From the NCBI GenBank assembly GCA_001244265.2, contig CDLV01000008.1, forward strand, positions 1,426,001-1,490,000: a DNA stretch of 64,000 nucleotides, given 5' to 3'. The notes beneath the pieces were generated by a model. The model saw nothing but the letters and a program-made list of their open reading frames with translations. It was not told where the DNA came from and searched no databases. A program made the translations under genes and the position numbers. Positions 40,067-51,416 of the stretch are shown piece by piece. The DNA comes from Microbotryum violaceum (lineage: Eukaryota). The first letter of the stretch is position 1; each line of letters opens with the position of its first letter.

Positions 40067-40668
40067 TAAAAAAAAAGTGTGAGTTAAGGAATGTACCTAA
40101 AATCGCTGTTTTTAACTAGGTGGCTGCCCGGAGGGCCGCCTGTGGTGGATGTACTATCACACTGTTGTGTCCGCCGTACCTGCCTGTGGTGTTTATGTTC
40201 CGATCAGAAGTCATGTACAAGCTCTGTGGCAAGTTTTGTTTCTTTCGCGCCAGTCGAACGAAGCTACAGCGTTCCCAGTATTTTATGTCACTTTTTAATT
40301 GACGTAGAACTGTGCGAACACTTATATTGTATTTAATGGACGGCAAGCGCGTGGCTTTGTATGACATTGCTTTTACAGCAGAGCTCCGCCTAGCGCCTGA
40401 CGCAGGGCGAGGCTGGCGTATGTCACGTGATGCGGCGCGCCAACCGTGTCAGGCTCACAATTCTTTGCGTACTACTTGCACGGAAGCTACGATGGCGTGC
40501 ATTGTCAAACATGGAAAGCCTCCGGGTTGTTCATCACGGTGACGCGCGACTCCATTCGCGAATGGCCGGAAATCAAAATCAGGGGCGGTACCGGTGCTGG
40601 GGGGTGCGCTTGCGCTATCAAATAAATAAGTAAGAAACTCAATTGCGCCAGCTCAGTTTGGCGCGCGC

Positions 40669-40774
40669 GAGTTAGCGCACTTGTGTTGGCGCAGTCGAGC
40701 GCCCGAGTTAGCGCACTTGAGTTAGCGCACCGTCTTGAGTTGGCGCACTTGAGTTAGCGCACTGAGTCGGCGCA
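40669..40774 (+). repeat. Subterminal ~14-bp repeats (GAGTTAGCGCACTT-like, ~6 copies)
   Basis: Imperfect direct repeats just inside the left TIR of the nested transposon; likely transposase-binding sites (inference). Confidence 0.75.
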
Positions 40775-42969
40775 ATCAGGCGCACCGCGCGCCCCCTTGT
40801 CTTCATGCTGCAACGTGCCATATCCTACGATGCAACTGCTGTCACGCTTTTTTCGGAAACGAAGCGCCGATAAAACGGACGACAGAATGAAGCAGCTGGC
40901 AAAGCTATCTGGGGCAAGGCTGCAACAAGCAAAGGTGAGTTACTACGGACTTGCGCCAGTCCTGGCGCCGGAGCTGGAGCTGATGTATGTATCTCAAACT
41001 ATCCCCTTTCACTAGTCCCTTCCTCAGACGATACCGCTGTGCGGATTTTAATCGATTTCTGGCATTTCTTTGACCGGATCTATGTGTCCAAAAAACATGG
41101 CGCTGCCAAAGCCTTTGCTCGCGCCTTCTCCGATGCGGTTTTCATCCCGAATGCGGATGATCGACTCCTGATAAAGGCTCGCCTAGCAAAACTCGGAATG
41201 ACGTGGGAAGAAGCGGTCCGTTCGCCGGTATGGAGATAGAAGCTTTGGAGACGCGTTCGTCGATGGATCCCTCGGCCACGCATTCTCGAGCCTTTGGTCC
41301 GGGAGGTCTTTGAGAAGCTCGGTCGATGCGAAGTCGAAGCAACCTCTTTTCAACAAAGCGGCGCACGAGGCAGCGATGAGATGTCTTGAGGCGATTCGGA
41401 AAGGCCAAGTATCGGATGAATTGCTACTTCCATGCTCATGTAAAGCTATCCAGTTGGCATCGAGCTGTACACCGACCTTGGGCCTTGCGGAGGGCCAGAT
41501 GGAAAGGCGGATGACGGTGTCCGTTTATATTCCTGCCAGCGCGACACCAACAGTCTCGAAGGAGGCATCCATCGGAACCTTCGCCAACGGTTTCCAAAGT
41601 CTGGTGTTTCTCCGTGCCATGTCAATGCGTGCACGGCTGACTACGTGCTAGTGCACAATCTCACGGTCAGTCCAACTCCACCATCGCAATTCGAAGAAGC
41701 GCAACCATTCTCACCCATTCTCCCTTGTATTCGCAGGTTGGGACATTCAATCGTACCGGAAAACCATTTGTGGGGCACTACGACCTCTGGCTCACTGTGG
41801 AATTACATCGTCTGAGGCGCAAAACCCCGGCATTTTTCCCACGGCACTCAGCCACCGTGTCAGATATAGTCAACCCGCTGCTTTACACCCCATCCACCGA
41901 GACATTCGGCATCGTGCTTGTTGTTCAGTCGCCAACAGCGCAAATGCGCTTTTTGATCGAGCCCTATCAAGTCGAGCGCGGGACTCTGCATTTGGAGCCC
42001 GTCAAGTGGTCGCCATGGAACTTGCTGCAAAACAATACGCCGGCGATACAGCATATGCAAAGCCGGCTGGCAATCGATCGCAAGCTTCGCCCCGACTGGC
42101 CAGCGGAACGTCAGGGTACTCGATTCGCTGTATTGTATGCCCATACACCCAGCGAACGAGCGCTATACAAATATCTCTCAAGCAAGGTACGACTGGGAGC
42201 TCCTCAAAATCTTCGGATATTCGAGATTACCGAGCCTTGGAACAAGTATGCCAACGGACTAGATATTTTTTACAAAGTATGTCGCGTCTGTGTCACACTG
42301 AATGGTGATGTTGAGCTGAAGCGCAATCCTCACACAGATGCCAGAGCACATCAATACATGGGCACCGAGATGGTCGTCGCTGGCAAATGCTCAAGCCACA
42401 ATGAACATGGGTGGGAACGACGTCATAGTGATTCAAGCTTTGCTTACCGATCCCTCCCGCGGTCGTGATGTTAGCATGCTAGCGGCCAAGCCATTACTCG
42501 GTCACAAACCGCCTGTCTTGGGGAGGCTTACAGAGGTAGAAGTTGATTTCTCGGATCCTTCAACGTCATCCATCCGCGCCTTTGTTGCAACTGCCTCGAG
42601 CGACGACGCTGGTTCGAGCGCGGACTTGGGCACGAGCAGCGCTTTGACGCGCACGGGTACCACAAAAGGGGCAAGGCACTGTCGATTATGTGGGCAAACT
42701 ACTTGTCGACGCAAGGGGACAAAACTAAGCGATGACGGATCGGTGAATGAGTGTGACAGGGCGTGCTTGGACTGCGGGAAGCCTTTCGGGCTGACAGACG
42801 AAATGGATCCGAACGACCCACAATCACGAAGGTTCTGTAGAGGACTGACAAGGGCTGAGATGAATGGCCGAGCTTGGCAACAAAAGAAGTGTCACAACTA
42901 TGTAGCTGTATTATAACACCTGCTTAATATGAATTATGTTGTCAAAATGACTTGTTCCGTACCACATCC

Positions 42970-42999
42970 TCTCTTTCTCCGTTTTTTTCTCTTTCCCTC

Positions 43000-43041
<42 letters not shown>

Positions 43042-43160
43042 TTTTTTTGTTTTTTTTTTTGTTTTTTTTCTTCCCCTCCTTTTTCCTTCCCCTCCTTTTT
43101 CCTTTTTTCCCATTCTTTTTCTTTTCTTTTCTTTTTTTTCCTCTCCTCCCCCCACCCCCC
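42970..43160 (+). repeat. Poly-T / polypyrimidine low-complexity tract
   Basis: ~190 bp of T/C runs, including more than 30 consecutive T. Confidence 0.85.
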
Positions 43161-43737
43161 GACATGGGTACGGGCCCGGAAATCAAGGCTGCACTGTGGC
43201 CGAAGGACAAAGCATGCCATTGTCCAGATCTCATTGCACGAATGTTTGAATGGGCAGGCTGTCTCGACGATAAATGGTTTTTTTTTGCGTTTTTTGTTTG
43301 TTTTTGTTTACCTCGCTGAAATCATGTAGACTGTTCATCGATTCTCATGCGATTTGAATTTCATCCGCTCGTTAATTTAACGGGATCGGATCCCACTGGT
43401 AACGCCACAAAACTCAACTGCCAGTCTGAGAATGGAGCAGTAGTCTGTTTCATAGCTCGACTTTAACAGCGGGTAAAGTAGACCTCTTTGGTCAACTTTG
43501 CGAGTAATAGATTCATGCTACCAGTGACGCACAGACAAAATAAAAATCGCCCAGGCGCTTGGTCAAGAACGGGTGAGAGTGGGGCGATAGTTGGGTCCCG
43601 AGACGAGGGAAAGCAGTAGTGAAAGCAACTAAAAAGAAACGCGCACACGCATGATAGACACGAGACGAATCAGCCCAACCGCTACTTCCGCTACTTCCCT
43701 TCGAGAAGGGCGATGACCGTCAACGGGACAAAAAGTT

Positions 43738-43830
43738 CGATTGCGGCAGGATTCGAACCTGCGCCCTCAAAGAGGATGTGATGATTAGATTATTCGAATC
43801 ACACTCCTTAGACCACTCGGACACACAACC
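43738..43830 (-). tRNA. tRNA-Ser(CGA) with ~10-nt intron (43783-43792)
   Basis: Reverse complement GGTTGTGTGTCCGAGTGGTCTAAGGAG-TGTGA-TTCGAA[TAATCTAATC]A-TCACA-long variable arm-GCAGGTTCGAATCCTGC-CGCAATCG; A/B boxes present; downstream T5 terminator. Confidence 0.9.
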
Positions 43831-43890
43831 TTTAATTGCTGATAAATATGCTCCAAGAAAGCGTATTCAAAGTGCCAGACGCAAAATCAT

Positions 43891-46800
43891 CGCCGGAAGT
43901 CATCTCACTCTCCTTCTCGAAAAACTCAAGTCGCTAGGCACTGAAGTTTTCCCCGAGGGCGCCCTCTTGTCCTTGGATCAGCAGAGCGCGTACGATCGGG
44001 TCGATCACGCATGGATCTTCGACGTCTTCGAGGCCTTTGGCTTTGGTGAGCGTTTCATTTCCCTGCTGCGCGCTCTGTACGATCCCGAGACTCTGGGGGT
44101 GCGCTACCTCATCAATGGGTTCCCCACGGAGTTGGTGCGGTTGCTGTGTGGTCTCGGTCAGGGGATCCCCTCTCGTGCCCGGTTTGGAACATCACGTTCC
44201 AGCCCTTCCTCGACGCCCTCGTTCGGCGCGGGATCGCGCTCGACCTGCAGAAGGTGTGGCCAGGGGGCCGCGTGCGCAGCTTACGCATCTGGCGTTTGCC
44301 GACGATGCTGTGGTGGTAGTGGAGTCACCGGCGGCATTGTCGAAGCTGGAAACGCTGTCGCAGACGTGGTACGAGGCAACCAACGGGAAGACCAACACGG
44401 ACAAGACGCTGGTGCTACCACTCGGACCGAACTGGCTTCGGGACGAGACTGCGCAGGCGCTGCCAACGGTGCAGGAGGGGGAGAGCTTCAAGTGGTGCGG
44501 CTATGCCTTCTTTCGCCACGGTGACTCGAAACTGTTTTGGACCCATGTTCTTGACAGGATCAAGGCCAAGACCCGCGCCGCTGGAGACCGGACACTTTCG
44601 CCGAGTGGGAAGGTCTTCTATGCCAACGCTCACATCATCTCGACGGTCCTCCACGTGCTGTCCTTCGACATACCGCCTCAATGGTTCATTAAGGCGGCGG
44701 AGACAGCACTTACGGATTTTGTTTGGGGAGGAGCAGCGCGAAATACCGTCGCTCGCGATTTCGTGTTCCAGGCTCGGGAGGACGGTGGCTTGGGCTTGAT
44801 TTCAATCGGCGACATCGTTCATTCGGTGGCGCTTCGATTTTGGGATGCTGTGGCGGGCTCGAACGAGGCGATCTGGGCGCCCCTAGCTCGCGAGAGCTGG
44901 AGGTCCCTCGTCGCTGCGACCCGCGATTTCAGTCCGTGGGGGTTCTTCAGCAGCACGGCTCGGGTCGAGAAGCTGTATCGCGACTCGACGCGCTGGGGGC
45001 AGTCGTTGCAGCTGCCAGGGTCACAGTTCCAACCATCAAGCCCGAACTCCTTACGCTCCCCGAATTGCTCTCGCTTCCGCCTCGCCTCCCTTCACTCTAT
45101 GCTGAAGGTGCCAAGCACGCATATGACGATGCGGACGCAGTGGCGAAGTTTGCGCAGATCGCGGACCTGTACTGGAGGGACGAAGGGAAGGGCTGGGCTC
45201 TGGTTGGTCATCGACGCGGGTTCTGGCAGCACTCTAAGGAACCCGCCCTACAGCACGAGCACGTGTGGTCGCGCGTGGGTCAGTTGCTCAAGGCGAAAGC
45301 CTTGCTGCCCAAGACCGCGTTGCGACCTGCTCGGATACCTCTCAAGGAGGCTCCCCGTCCTCGGTGCTTCAACTTCTTTGGGCTCACCCGACCGTTCACT
45401 ATTCGCAAGCTTCGTCGGCTTGTGAACGTGGTTCGGTTCCCAGGGAGGGAGGATCGTGTCAAGCGTTTCCGTGATGGGACTTCTCAGAGCGATAGGAAGC
45501 GCTTCTGGAGATGGCTTCATGACCGGTTTGCGTCTGCTGTGGAGCAGGACACCCACTGGCGGCTCATGTACGACGTGACGCCGACGCGCAAGAGGCAGCA
45601 TACTCAGGGTCATGCCTCTTCGCCGACGTGTCTGTTCTGCGGCAACGATGCAGCGGTCATCGAGACGGTGTCGCACTACTTCTTCGAGTGCGCGTACTCG
45701 ACCAGCTTCTGGGGTGGGGTGCTTCGCATTCTGTTCGACAAGCTGGGCATCGAGGATACCGACGTCGATCCGTCGACGTTCACTCCGGAGCAGCTGACTA
45801 TGGGGCTCCCCCTTTTGCGGGGTCGTGGGAGAACGACCTCGAAATGGATGTGGGTTCGGCTGGCTTGCGCGATCGGCTTCCAGCGGCTGCACCTGCTCCG
45901 CTGGCGCGTTCATCAGCGGTTCGAGCTGGACAAGGTCGTGGCCCCTCCCTCGCTCCCCAGTGCACTCAGAGCGTTCGAGCGAGATTTTCTCTCTCGAGCG
46001 GGTTTTGTGCCTGGGGCTCGAGATTGGGAGGTGTGATGACCGAGTTAAGTCCTTCCTTCCCATTTTCCTCCCCTCCTTTCCTCCCTTCTTTTTCGGAGGT
46101 CGACTCCTCTTTTGTGAGCTGACTGTCTTGGAACTTGTTGCGCAGTGGAAGGCTGCGCACCTCTCCCTCTCTCTCTCTACTTTGCGCAGTAGCGGTTTTT
46201 TGTTCTTGGATGGATCGGCAAGCCAGGTCGATTGTCTTTGCGTTGTAGGCTTTGTGAAGTTTTTCCCTCTCCTTTCCCCCTTTTTCCCTTCCCTTCCTCT
46301 TCTCGTTCCTGTTGCTCGGTTGTTGACTACGCTTCAGCCACTTCTCCTTTTACTCCTAAGCCGTGTGTTGGATTCCGTTGAATGGTTCGTTCGTTCGCGT
46401 TGGTCAAGATCTACGGCATGGCTCGGGAAGGAAGGTCGCTCGTTTCTGGTCAATATCCTCGCGTCAAGGCGAGGCTCGTTTCGTTGTACTGGATCGCTTT
46501 TCTCTCGGCCCCGACGGCTCAACAGCCAGCACTCGAGATTCAGCCAAGGGAGGACATCAGGCGCTGTCGGGGTGACGAGTAGCTGGGGCTTGGCTGCGGC
46601 CTGTTAGTCCCTGGGGACCTCTACCTCCGGCTTCGACCCCCTACCTTGGCCCCTCGGGTGTGTTCCCCTCCTCTCTGTCTTAGTATTCCTGGTTCTCCGT
46701 ATCCCCAGTCGTGACTTTCTGTATACTCTCCCCCTTCTTTCTCTAGGCGCTCTTGCCTGGTTTTCGAGTATCTTTGCTCCCGCTCTTGGGATGTGAAGCG

Positions 46801-47001
46801 GCAGCAGTACTCACCGCCCGTTGGAGTCCGCGTTAGGTGCTCGACGAGTTTTGATCTGCGCAGCGCTCTTTGCGCGCAGGGGTTTGACTTTCACCCAACT
46901 GCTTGCCGTCGTTGCTTTATAACCTCCTTTAGCTCTTTTTGTAGCGGTCCCAGCCAACCCGAAGGATTGCAATTTATGAGCCCCAGTCAAAAAAAAAAAA
47001 A
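43891..47001 (+). mobile_element. LINE family A copy A1 (L1/Tx1-type), 5'-truncated, with poly(A)
   Basis: Starts inside RT (LSLDQQSAYDRVDH, GLGQG, LAFADD); C-terminal zinc finger CLFC...ETVSHYFFEC; ~950-bp 3' UTR; A13 tail at 46989-47001. Confidence 0.92.
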
Positions 47002-48010
47002 GGTGGACGACACCGACCACTACTTTTTCGACTGCGTTGACTCTGGGAACGTTTGGATCGCGGCAAGGAGCGTGCTCTGCGACGCACTGGGGCTCGACAC
47101 GATCGACAACACGCATTACACGGCTGTTCAACGCATGTTCGGACTTCCGAAGCTCAAGGCCAGTCTACGCGATCAAGAAGGAGCGGGGAGGACGATCGAA
47201 ATATTCACCGGGCTGGTCTTGGAGATGATCAGCAGCGGGAGGTGGGGATGCAGAAGTGGGGGACGAAGATGGAGGGTGTTGTGAGGAGGAGGATCATCTT
47301 GGAGGAGAGGTTGAAACTGAGGGCGGGAGGAGCTTGGGGGAGGAGAGGGCAGTAGAGGCTGGGTTCGACTTTCCCCCCACCACCACCACACACACACACC
47401 AAATTCTCGTGACATCATTTTCTCCTACTGTACACTAAATAGATCGCTTTCATCTTTCATTTGTTACAGGTTCACCGTTGCGGATCATGGACCATCTCGC
47501 GATTTGGCGTCGACTCGGTGTGGCTCGCGCTCTTCGGCTTCGGGGTTCTGAGTCAAGGGAGGGATCAGCGGACACAGGCAGAAAGTCGGCTTTGAGGGGC
47601 CAGGGACTGCCGATGGGGGAGGTTTTGAGGGACCTTCACCGCGTCTTGTTGTGACTGAGCAGAGACTTGGAGCGTCGAGGGTCGTGGTGGTTGCGCAGTC
47701 GTGCTCTTGTCTTCGTCTCGACCGAGTGGGAAGTGGCTGTGGGGTGGGCCTTCTGTCGTTAGTACATTTCTTTTCTTTCTTTTTTTTCTCTTCATCTCTC
47801 TTTCTCTCTCTCATTAGTCTCCTGGGGGGAGCAACCGCTTGGCTAGGGCATTTGAATCCGAATCTCGGATTGGTGGACTTGGCTCGTTTCTCGCACTTTT
47901 GCGGGCGGTTTGTGTTATCATCGTAGTCTTCCATCTAGTTTTTCCGTAGGCCAAAACAGGGGGAACAGGAACTGGGGGCAATATGATGAACGTTTTCTAC
48001 AAAAAAAAAA
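47002..48010 (+). mobile_element. LINE family B copy B1, 5'-truncated, with poly(A)
   Basis: Begins with an ORF2 C-terminus (DDTDHYFFDCVDSGNVW...) paralogous to family A; distinct 3' UTR ending GATGAACGTTTTCTAC-A10. Confidence 0.8.
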
Positions 48011-48015
48011 TATGC

Positions 48016-48269
48016 CGTTAGTACTTTTCTTTTCTTTCTTTTTCTCTTCATCTCTCTTTCTCTCTCTCATTAGTCTCCGGGGGGGAGCAACCGCTTGGCT
48101 AGGGCATTTGAATCCGAATCTCGGATTGGTGGACTTGGCTCGTTTCTCGCACTTTTGCGGGCGGTTTGTGTTATCATCGTAGTCTTCCATCTAGTTTTTC
48201 CGTAGGCCAAAACAGGGGAACAGGAACTGGGGGCAATATGATGAACGTTTTCTACAAAAAAAAAAAAAA
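48016..48269 (+). mobile_element. LINE family B copy B2, 3'-end fragment with poly(A)
   Basis: Near-identical to 47757-48010, ends TTCTAC-A14; flanked by ATGCC on both sides. Confidence 0.82.
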
Positions 48270-50634
48270 TGCCAACGCTCACATCATCTCGACGGTCCTC
48301 CACGTGCTGTCCTTCGACATACCGCCTCAATGGTTCATTAAGGCGGCGGAGACAGCACTTACGGATTTTGTTTGGGGAGGAGCAGGGCGAAATACCGTCG
48401 CTCGCGATTTCGTGTTCCAGGCTCGGGAGGACGGTGGCTTGGGCTTGATTTCAATCGGCGACATCGTTCATTCGGTGGCGCTTCGATTTTGGGATGCTGT
48501 GGCGGGCTCGAACGAGGCGATCTGGGCGCCCCTAGCTCGCGAGAGCTGGAGGTCCCTCGTCGCTGCGACCCGCGATTTCAGTCCGTGGGGGTTCTTCAGC
48601 AGCACGGCTCGGGTCGAGAAGCTGTATCGCGACTCGACGCGCTGGGGGCAGTCGTTGCAGCTGCCAGGGTCACAGTTCCAACCATCAAGTCCGAACTCCT
48701 TACGCTCCCCGAATTGCTCTCGCTTCCGCCTCGCCTCCCTTCACTCTATGCTGAAGGTGCCAAGCACGCATATGACGATGCGGACGCAGTGGCGAAGTTT
48801 GCGCAGATCGCGGACCTGTACTGGAGGGACGAAGGAAAGGGCTGGGCTCTGGTTGGTCATCGACGCGGGTTCTGGCAGCACTCTAAGGAACCCGCCCTAC
48901 AGCACGAGCACGTGTGGTCGCGCGTGGGTCAGTTGCTCAAGGCGAAAGCCTTGCTGCCCAAGACCGCGTTGCGACCTGCTCGGATACCTCTCAAGGAGGC
49001 TCCCCGTCCTCGGTGCTTCAACTTCTTTGGGCTCACCCGACCTTTTACGATTCGCAAGCTTCGTCGGTTTGTGAACGTGGTTCGGTTCCCAGGGAGGGAG
49101 GATCGTGTCAAGCGTTTCCGTGATGGGTCTTCTCAGAGCGATAGGAAGCGCTTCTGGAGATGGCTTCATGACCGGTTCGCGTCTACTGTGGAGCAGGACA
49201 CCCACTGGCGGCTCATGTACGACGTGACGCCGACGCGCAAGAGGTAGCATACTCAGGGTCATGCCTCTTCGCCGACGTGTCTGTTCTGCGGCAACGATGC
49301 AGCGGTCATCGAGACGGTGTCGCACTACTTCTTCGAGTGCGCGTACTCGACCAGCTTCTGGGGCGGGGTGCTTCGCATTCTGTTCGACAAGCTGGGCATC
49401 GAGGATACCGACGTCGATCCGTCGACGTTCACTCCGGAGCAGCTGACTATGGGGCTCCCCCTTTTGCGGGGTCGTGGGAGAACGACCTCGAAATGGATGT
49501 GGGTTCGGCTGGCTTGCGCGATCGGCTTCCAGCGGCTGCACCTGCTCCGCTGGCGCGTTCATCAGCGGTTCGAGCTGGACAAGGTCGTGGCCCCTCCCTC
49601 GCTCCCCAGTGCACTCAGAGCGTTCGAGCGAGATTTTCTCTCTCGAGCGGGTTTTGTGCCTGGGGCTCGAGATTGGGAGGTGTGGTGACCGAGTTAAGTC
49701 CTTCCTTCCGATTTTCCTCCCCTCCTTTCCTCCCTTCTTTTTCGGAGGTCGACTCCTCTTTTAGAAGCTGACTGTCTTGGAACTTGTTGCGCAGTGGAAG
49801 GCTGCGCACCTCTCCCTCTCTCTCTCTACTTTGCGCAGTAGCGTTTTTTTGTTCTTGGATGGATCGGCAAGCCAGGTCGATTGTGTTTGCGTTGGAGGCT
49901 TTGTGAAGTTTTTCCCTCTCCTTTCCCCCCTTTTTCCCTTCCCTTCCTCTTCTCGTTCCTGTTGCTCGGTTGTTGACTACGCTTCAGCCACTTCTCCTTT
50001 TACTCCTAAGCCGTGTGTTGGATTCCGTTGAATGGTTCGTTCGTTCGCGTTGGTCAAGATCTACGGCATGGCTCGGGAAGGAAGGTCGCTCGTTTCTGGT
50101 CAATATCCTCGCGTCAAGGCGAGGCTCGTTTCGTTGTACTGGATCGCTTTTCTCTCGGCCCCGACGGCTCAACAGCCAGCACTCGAGATTCAGCCAAGGG
50201 AGGACATCAGGCGCTGTCGGGGTGACGAGTAGCTGGGGCTTGGCTGCGGCCTGTTAGTCCCTGGGGACCTCTACCTCCGGCTTCGACCCCCTCCCTTGGC
50301 CCCTCGGTGTTTCCCTCCTCTCTGTCTTAGTATTCCTGGTTCTCCGTATCCCCAGTCGTGACTTTCTGTATACTCTCCCCCTTCTTTCTCTAGGCGTTCT
50401 TGCCTGGTTTTTGAGTATCTTTGCTCCCGCTCTTGGGACGTGAAGCGGCAGCAGTACTCACCGCCCGTTGGAGTCCGCGTTAGGTGCTCGGCGGGTTTTG
50501 ATCTGCGCAGCGCTCTTTGCGCGCAGGGGTTTGACTTTCACCCAACTGCTTGCCGTCGTTGCTTTATAACCTCCTTGAGCTCCTTTTGTAGCGGTCCCAG
50601 CCAACCCGAAGGATTGCAATTTATGAGCCCCAGT

Positions 50635-50669
<35 letters not shown>
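48270..50669 (+). mobile_element. LINE family A copy A2, 5'-truncated, with poly(A)
   Basis: Near-identical to 44621-47001, with a CAG>TAG stop at 49245-49247; A34 tail at 50636-50669. Confidence 0.92.
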
Positions 50670-50672
<3 letters not shown>

Positions 50673-50880
50673 CTCTCTCTCATTCGTCTCCTGGGGGGAG
50701 CAACCGCTTGGCTCGGGCACTTGAATCCCAAGTATCGGATTGGTGGACACCGGCCCGTTTCTCGCATCTTGCGGGCGGTTTGTGTTATCATCATCAACTT
50801 CCATCTAGTTTTTTCCGTAGGCCAAATAGGGGGAACATGAATTGGGGGCAATATGATGAACGTTTTCTACAAAAAACAAA
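50670..50880 (+). mobile_element. LINE family B copy B3, more diverged 3'-end fragment
   Basis: Homologous to the B1/B2 3' end with multiple substitutions; ends TTCTACAAAAAACAAA. Confidence 0.8.
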
Positions 50881-50885
50881 TACCC

Positions 50886-51107
50886 ACAGGCCGCAGCCAA
50901 GCCCCAGCTACTCGTCACCCCGACAGCGCCTGATGTCCTCCCTTTTTTTTTGTTTTACTGGGCTCATAAATTACGATCCTTCGGGTTGGCTAGAATCGCT
51001 ACAAAAAGGGCTAAAAGAGGTAATAAAGCAACAATGACAAGCAGCTGGATGAAAATCAAACCCCTGCGCGCAACGAGTGCTGCGCAGATCAAAACCCGCC
51101 GAGCACC
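50886..51107 (-). mobile_element. LINE family A 3' fragments on the minus strand (3' UTR piece 50886-50942; diverged 3' terminus with poly(A) 50943-51107)
   Basis: Reverse complements of ~46547-46604 and ~46836-46995; T-run at 50943-50955. Confidence 0.8.
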
Positions 51108-51416
51108 GGCTTGTATACATGTAAGGATATATCCTTACACATGATTTAAGGTCAATACACAACCAAATCTGTTCATCTTGATATTGTAACATCAACATAT
51201 AACTATTTCTGAATGGTGTCTGCAAGGACTACATGATAGCATGTGTATTGCAAGACTTGTAGTGATTCAAAATTTATTTGTCCTTACCGCACCTCCCGTA
51301 GGCCCGTATCCTTACCGCACCCTGGTATCCTTACATGTGTCAACACATGTAAGGATACGCCCGCGCGCGCACATGACATGCGTAAGGATACGCTATACGC
51401 TCGCGCGCAAAGAGCA
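51108..51416. repeat. Putative DNA-transposon end, copy 1 (second copy at 56866-57146)
   Basis: ~300-bp direct repeat starting GGCTTGTATACATGTAAG, with multiple GTAAGGATA/TATCCTTAC inverted motifs. Confidence 0.7.

Larger units (their letters stand above)
40582..43177 (+). mobile_element. Zisupton-like (KDZ superfamily) DNA transposon, degenerate, nested in Helitron copy 3
   Basis: Imperfect 25-bp TIRs (19/25): GGGGCGGTACCGGTGCTGGGGGGTG vs reverse complement of 43153-43177. GGAAATCA is duplicated at 40568-40575 and 43178-43185. Transposase remnants: D.WHFFDRI.VSKKHG...FARAFSDAVF, YSCQRDTNSLEGGIH, VGTFNRTGKPFVGHYDLWL. Confidence 0.7.
40067..43399 (+). mobile_element. Helitron copy 3, deleted derivative interrupted by a nested DNA transposon
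   Basis: 5' region matches 26250-26630. Rep motif MACIVKHGKP.LFITVT...WPEIK (40490-40578) resumes as PEIKAALWPKDKACHCPDLIARMFE at 43177. 3' hairpin remnant plus CTGG|T at 43396-43400. Confidence 0.85.

Noticed and set aside
40599-40796. Stand-alone ~200-bp MITE (GGGGGTGCGC...GCGCGCCCCC)
   Set aside because: There is no TSD, and it overlaps the left TIR and subterminal region of the larger 40582-43177 element.
40797-42916. Host gene captured by the Helitron
   Set aside because: The segment has its own TIRs, a flanking duplication and transposase-like motifs, so it is better explained as a nested transposon.
42911-43329. Poly-Lys and poly-Phe ORFs in the ORF track
   Set aside because: These are artefacts of the poly-T tract, which may itself be low-quality consensus sequence.
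44150-45010. Programmed frameshifting in LINE ORF2
   Set aside because: The shifts coincide with G homopolymers one base short, and the minus copy has the correct run at GQGD. Sequencing error or mutation is more parsimonious.
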